From Anthoceros angustus (taxonomy: Eukaryota > Plantae > Anthocerotophyta), in assembly GCA_010909165.1 (NCBI GenBank), contig MU008161.1:1364001-1428000 (forward strand): a DNA stretch of 64,000 nucleotides, given 5' to 3'. Below are positions 59,701-64,000 of the stretch, piece by piece. Positions within the stretch are counted from its first letter, which is position 1, and every line of letters starts with the position of its first letter. A program made the position numbers and the translations under genes. A model generated the notes under the pieces. The model made no database searches. It saw only the letters and a list, made by a program, of their open reading frames with translations, and had not been told where the DNA came from.

Positions 59701-60928
59701 AAGAGCACTACTTTATTTTGATGCGAAGGCTCAGCACTGCGCACCAGACCTGAGAAAGAATAGAATACGTATTGTAGACGGGATGATGCATAGCACAGCA
59801 CTCTCTCCCTCCCGGCGACACACTCCCCGCCAACTGGCTCTTTCTTCACCGTCCACACTGCACAGTGTTGAACGAGTTCGTCTATCCCATCCCGCACAGT
59901 GTTGAAAGAGTTCATCCATCCCATCCCATCCCGTCACCCGATTCCTCTTGGTAATGTGCGGGAGAGTGAGCATTTCAACCCTAATTCGTATTGCAAGCAG
60001 TTCAGTTCGGAGGGCTTGTAGGAGCTCAGGCGACCTCCCGTCTCCCAAACACTTTGCGGAGTCTGGCACGTGAGCGATCCACTTCAGTCACCTCATGGGC
60101 TTAGATGTTTTTCGTTCACCCTAATCAGGATCAGGAGGCAGCACAATAGCACATAGGCGCTCTCTGCGGACATGGTACTTGTATTGTATCTGCGGACATG
60201 GTACTTGTATTGTATCTGCGCTCAGCAGGACAGAGCCGTAAAGGACTGTGGACGGGGAAGAGAGAGCTCGTTGCCGGAGGGTTGATCTCCGGGAAGGGAG
60301 GGAGGCATGCCGGCCGCACGGTGCATCGGATGTGCATGGGGGTTTGGGGCACACGAGCGGCACGGTGAACAGGCGCGTTTATTTGTCGATAAGGTTTAGG
60401 CGTTTAGGCGACAGGTCAAGAAGAACAAGAAAGCCTGCGTCAGCGTGGCACACAGTGCCGCACACCGTGACAACGATCTCAAGGCGGCCGAGCATCTCGA
60501 CGGCTCGGATTCCGTGCGGGCGTCGCTTCCCCCAGGGAAAGAGTGAGTTGACCACTCATGCCCAACGCCAGTTTCCATGTTCAGACAATCGGACGTCGGT
60601 ATCTGACAGGCCACTGGGTGATTTAACGCCCTGCTGGATTCACACAAGAATCCTTCATCCAGAATCCAGATGGACGTTGCCTCTCATCAGCCCCGCAGTT
60701 GAGCACATTTCCTCGGTTTACGATTGCGTTTACAGGCCACTTTAGACTACTAGTACGCACTCTTCAGCTCGTTTTGCATCAAGATTGAGGCCGTCTTAAG
60801 CTTACTCGAGAATCGGCGCTCCAGTCTCTTCCAAGCTGATGCATCAAAAGCTACAGCTCTCAGATAAAGGCAAGGCAATCCAGAAGATATCCTAACCCTA
60901 AACCCTGATCATCCTCGGCACTGGCAGG

Positions 60929-63900
60929 TTATACGTCAAGATTAGGGCCTGGTTTGAGTTTGAAATGACCCAAGGGGAATCTTCTGTTCCTGGACTGTGT
61001 TGTCTGGAACTCCGTCAGGACCTTCTGTACGGCACCCTCTACAGTTGGAATGTCGGAGGAGGCTGGAGCTCTGACATGTCCAGGATTTACTGCGTGGCAG
61101 ATCTGTGCAGAAAGGAGAAACCATTTGTATAAAAATAGCAGCCAACTTGTGGTTGAACGTGTTCCCGTCTTCCCGGTGAGTATTTCTGGCAGACTGAGCA
61201 ATGGCTGATCCACCACACTACCGGAACGGCATCTTGCAGCTTTCTTGGAGGACGCAGCCACGCTGTCCAGCACGTTACGCATGGTGTTTGCAGCGGCTCG
61301 AGGGTGTGGAGACCTCTTGATGCCAGTTGCTCTCTTACATGGTGTGATCAGCGCTTGTGCACATATGGAATCCCCGGACTTCAGGACACAGGTTTATAAT
61401 TTTAGATATGGAGGTACCATGTCCTGCACAGTTGGATCTTCCACTTTCCGACATCCTGCAGCTCAGGGACAGTTGCAAGGCTGATCCCAACAGTGCTATG
61501 GATGCTTCCAACTCCTCGCTGATAGAAAGAGTCATCGGACTGGCACCCTCAACTTCGCCATATCCAAAGCATAACTGTTCAGAGGTGTTGGGCTACCCTG
61601 TGCTGCAACATGTGCCAAAAACGGGAGCTGTGTTTTATTTATCTCTGCTGGCTGTCGGTGACGTGCCGTATCCCCGTCCATTGACTACCCTGTTAGCCTC
61701 TTGTTAGCAGTGGCTGGGTCGAATTACTGTCCCAACCCAGTGCTCCCTGCTTGTTTGAACCGTTCCCTTCAGAGCTTCCAAAGCATGTGGAGACCCAGCC
61801 TGCACAAAGTAGAAGAAAAAGCTTATCACTCCTCATGCCGTCGCAAATGTACGTTCGACATCAGAGCAAGGTGGAACCACCTGCACAACGAAGACAGGTA
61901 TGCCAGCGGACGCTATTGATGCAGCTTCAGCGATTTTGGTAGCCATACCGCCAGTAGTGTCATGTGCTGCCACACTGGTCTGCACTGGTTGGGACAAACT
62001 TGGGGATGAGCTTGTGACAGAACCATGTTCTCTTCTATTATGTTAAGAACAAGGCAACAGTAATACCTGCAGTTCCTGCCCCAGGAGGATCGATAATCGA
62101 CCAATGCCCATCCTCCACCACTGTCACCACATGCTTAAGAGGAGAAGATCAGCAACGAATTTCTACAAGGCATATGCATTCTCCTGTTTGAAAAAGACCC
62201 AATGGCCTGCAGGACCTGATGCTCTGGATTCCTTACCGATTTCCTTCAGTAACACCGCACCTGGAACTGATGGAGGTCGATCAAAGACGCCAGGTACGTT
62301 GGTCTTCAAACATGTTAGGGGTGGGCAGTTCAATAGAGATGAAAAACTTGCAGCACGGCTCTCTCTCTATACAGGGTTGTGATAAATAACCCATCTCATG
62401 TACAGAACTGGAAGGATACGAGGAATACCACATAGCTGGGTTTCAAACTCAGTGCCAAATGACGAACAACGATGTCACCACTAAGAATTCGGCAGCCCTG
62501 AGCAAGGGAATGGGCATGTGTGGCTGAGTAAGCTGCAGATAACATAAGAAACATGCATACGAGCCTCACCTGACTGCTGTCCAATACTGCATCTCCATGC
62601 AAAATCTGTACCACATTCAGGATCTGTTCAGTGAATGGCAAGCCTGTGTGAACGGGAAGTAAGAAGCATGCCATGTCAAGGGGCTGCTACCGGCAAAAGG
62701 CCTGCGTCGAGGGCTCGCTTGACAGCAGCTGTGTTTTCCTGTTCAACCTGCAATCAGGACTAAGACTTTAAGGTAGTTAAGCCAATACTACGCAACGGGT
62801 GATCAACCTGGCTTATGATGACTCCTGAAACCAGGGGACGTCCTACTTCAGACAGCTGAGTACAATGGCAACAACAAGCATACCAAACTATACAAGCATT
62901 TCAGATAGTGCCACGTATTACTTCTCCAGCAGCAGTTGACCAGCCGCCAGAGAATGGAGAGAGACTGACAGCTGGAATACCCTCTGCAACAAACAAGTTG
63001 TCAATGGACTAGCAGCAAGAAGGCCAGCTAAGACATTTTCTGTTGCAATGTGCATCAAGTCTTTCAAATAATGCTTTGTTTTCAAGAGCACACCTGTGGC
63101 AAATGCCCTAACGACTTGATGGTTAAGGGTTGTCACCTACATTCACAGAACAGTGCAGCATACATAAGAGCAACGCAGCATACAGAATTGTAAGCAATGA
63201 CTTCGATGCGGCATGAAAATACAAAGGACTACTGTAGGCACTTACAGATATTCTTGTGGCCACAAAACCTGCTTTGACAAATGGGGCTTCAAGATTACCC
63301 AAATTGACTTTAGCTCTGCTAGCTTGGAAGTGACCGAAAGAGCCTGAGACACCCATTTTTCTGCTCAGAGTTCTGAAGAGAAACTCAGACTAGCCCAAGC
63401 GGCAAAACGTCACCAACCTGCACCGTGGACCAGAACAAACTTGGCCATATCCAGTGGAAGGTCCCAAGATTCCACATCAGGCAGCCCAGCATTTTCTGAC
63501 CCACTTCTCCTGCTCCAGTCCATGCTGAGCTTCTTTTCGTTGGAAAAGCCGATGGCATTACATATCTGCTTTGCTGTACAGGAGAGGACGGCCCCATTTA
63601 TGGTCTCTAGCTCACCTTTCTCCGTAACAGCAGCTCCCCCTGCAGTGTTATCAGAAGCTTGGTTGTCAATCATACTCTTGCGAATGGACGCAACTGGCTA
63701 GCCCAGGTGCCAACTCCCGTGGTGGCTTGACATGACATCCGTCAGGAGCGGAATACAAAGTTGTTGTTCTTCCCCTACATCTAGAGATAACAAAATGAAT
63801 ATCCCCCCAGACCCAACGACGTACCTAGCTTCACGATGCACCGAACAGGGATGTCACCCGCCTTGACAAGATCAGGCGCCATTGACAGACAGATTAACTC

Positions 63901-64000
63901 CGCAAGTAAGCAGTTCCGCTCCAGAATTATATATTACCACACTGGTTCACGTAAGTATGACATGGCGCTATGATACGCTGCCAACTCGATGCTTGCAGCG
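60929..64000 (-). CDS. Probable multi-exon gene of unknown function, starting beyond the right edge; exon structure unresolved
   Basis: A series of GT-AG-bounded, Leu-rich open segments (e.g. VTTLNHQVVRAFATGVLLKTKHYLKDLMHIATENVLAGLL; GLPFTEQILNVVQILHGDAVLDSSQ; ELEASIALLGSALQLSL). I could not build a single full reading frame. Confidence 0.4.

Noticed and set aside
60893-60906. CCCTAAACCCT telomere-like motif (also single AAACCCTAA boxes at ~29966 and ~46408)
   Set aside because: Under two repeats each; these are telo-box-sized motifs, not an interstitial telomeric array.
1-64000. tRNA, rRNA or snRNA genes
   Set aside because: No cloverleaf with A/B boxes and no rRNA-like conserved blocks were found by eye; tRNAscan-SE or Infernal would be definitive.

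Overview
Eukaryotic nuclear DNA from a compact, gene-dense, non-seed land plant. Short GT-AG introns (mostly ~60-130 nt) and GC-rich exons suggest a hornwort-like genome; that taxonomic call is inference. Recognisable genes, left to right: NPH3/RPT2-like BTB protein (partial), peroxisomal SDR (IBR1/SDRa-like), DUS3, ITPK, an RPA70B-like gene with no N-terminal OB-fold visible, an unidentified gene, TAF4, a degenerate RPA70B duplicate, dCMP deaminase, SFT1/Bet1-like SNARE, an intronless frameshifted double-GT2 glycosyltransferase of a type I recall from fungi, an SPX gene with four P1BS motifs upstream, a PPOX-like split-barrel protein, FolD, a ProT-like transporter and a poorly resolved gene running off the right end. 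Two transposon nests are present. At 9.4-16.7 kb a CRE-clade (restriction-like endonuclease) non-LTR retroelement is interrupted by a 2.4-kb TIR element with a GGAT target-site duplication. At 37.4-42.9 kb a second CRE copy has had one coding segment amplified into a 38-bp minisatellite that surrounds an internally deleted Copia element. Several head-to-tail duplications with microhomology junctions may be real or long-read assembly artefacts. No tRNA, rRNA or CRISPR array was seen. All protein identifications are from remembered family motifs, not database searches.
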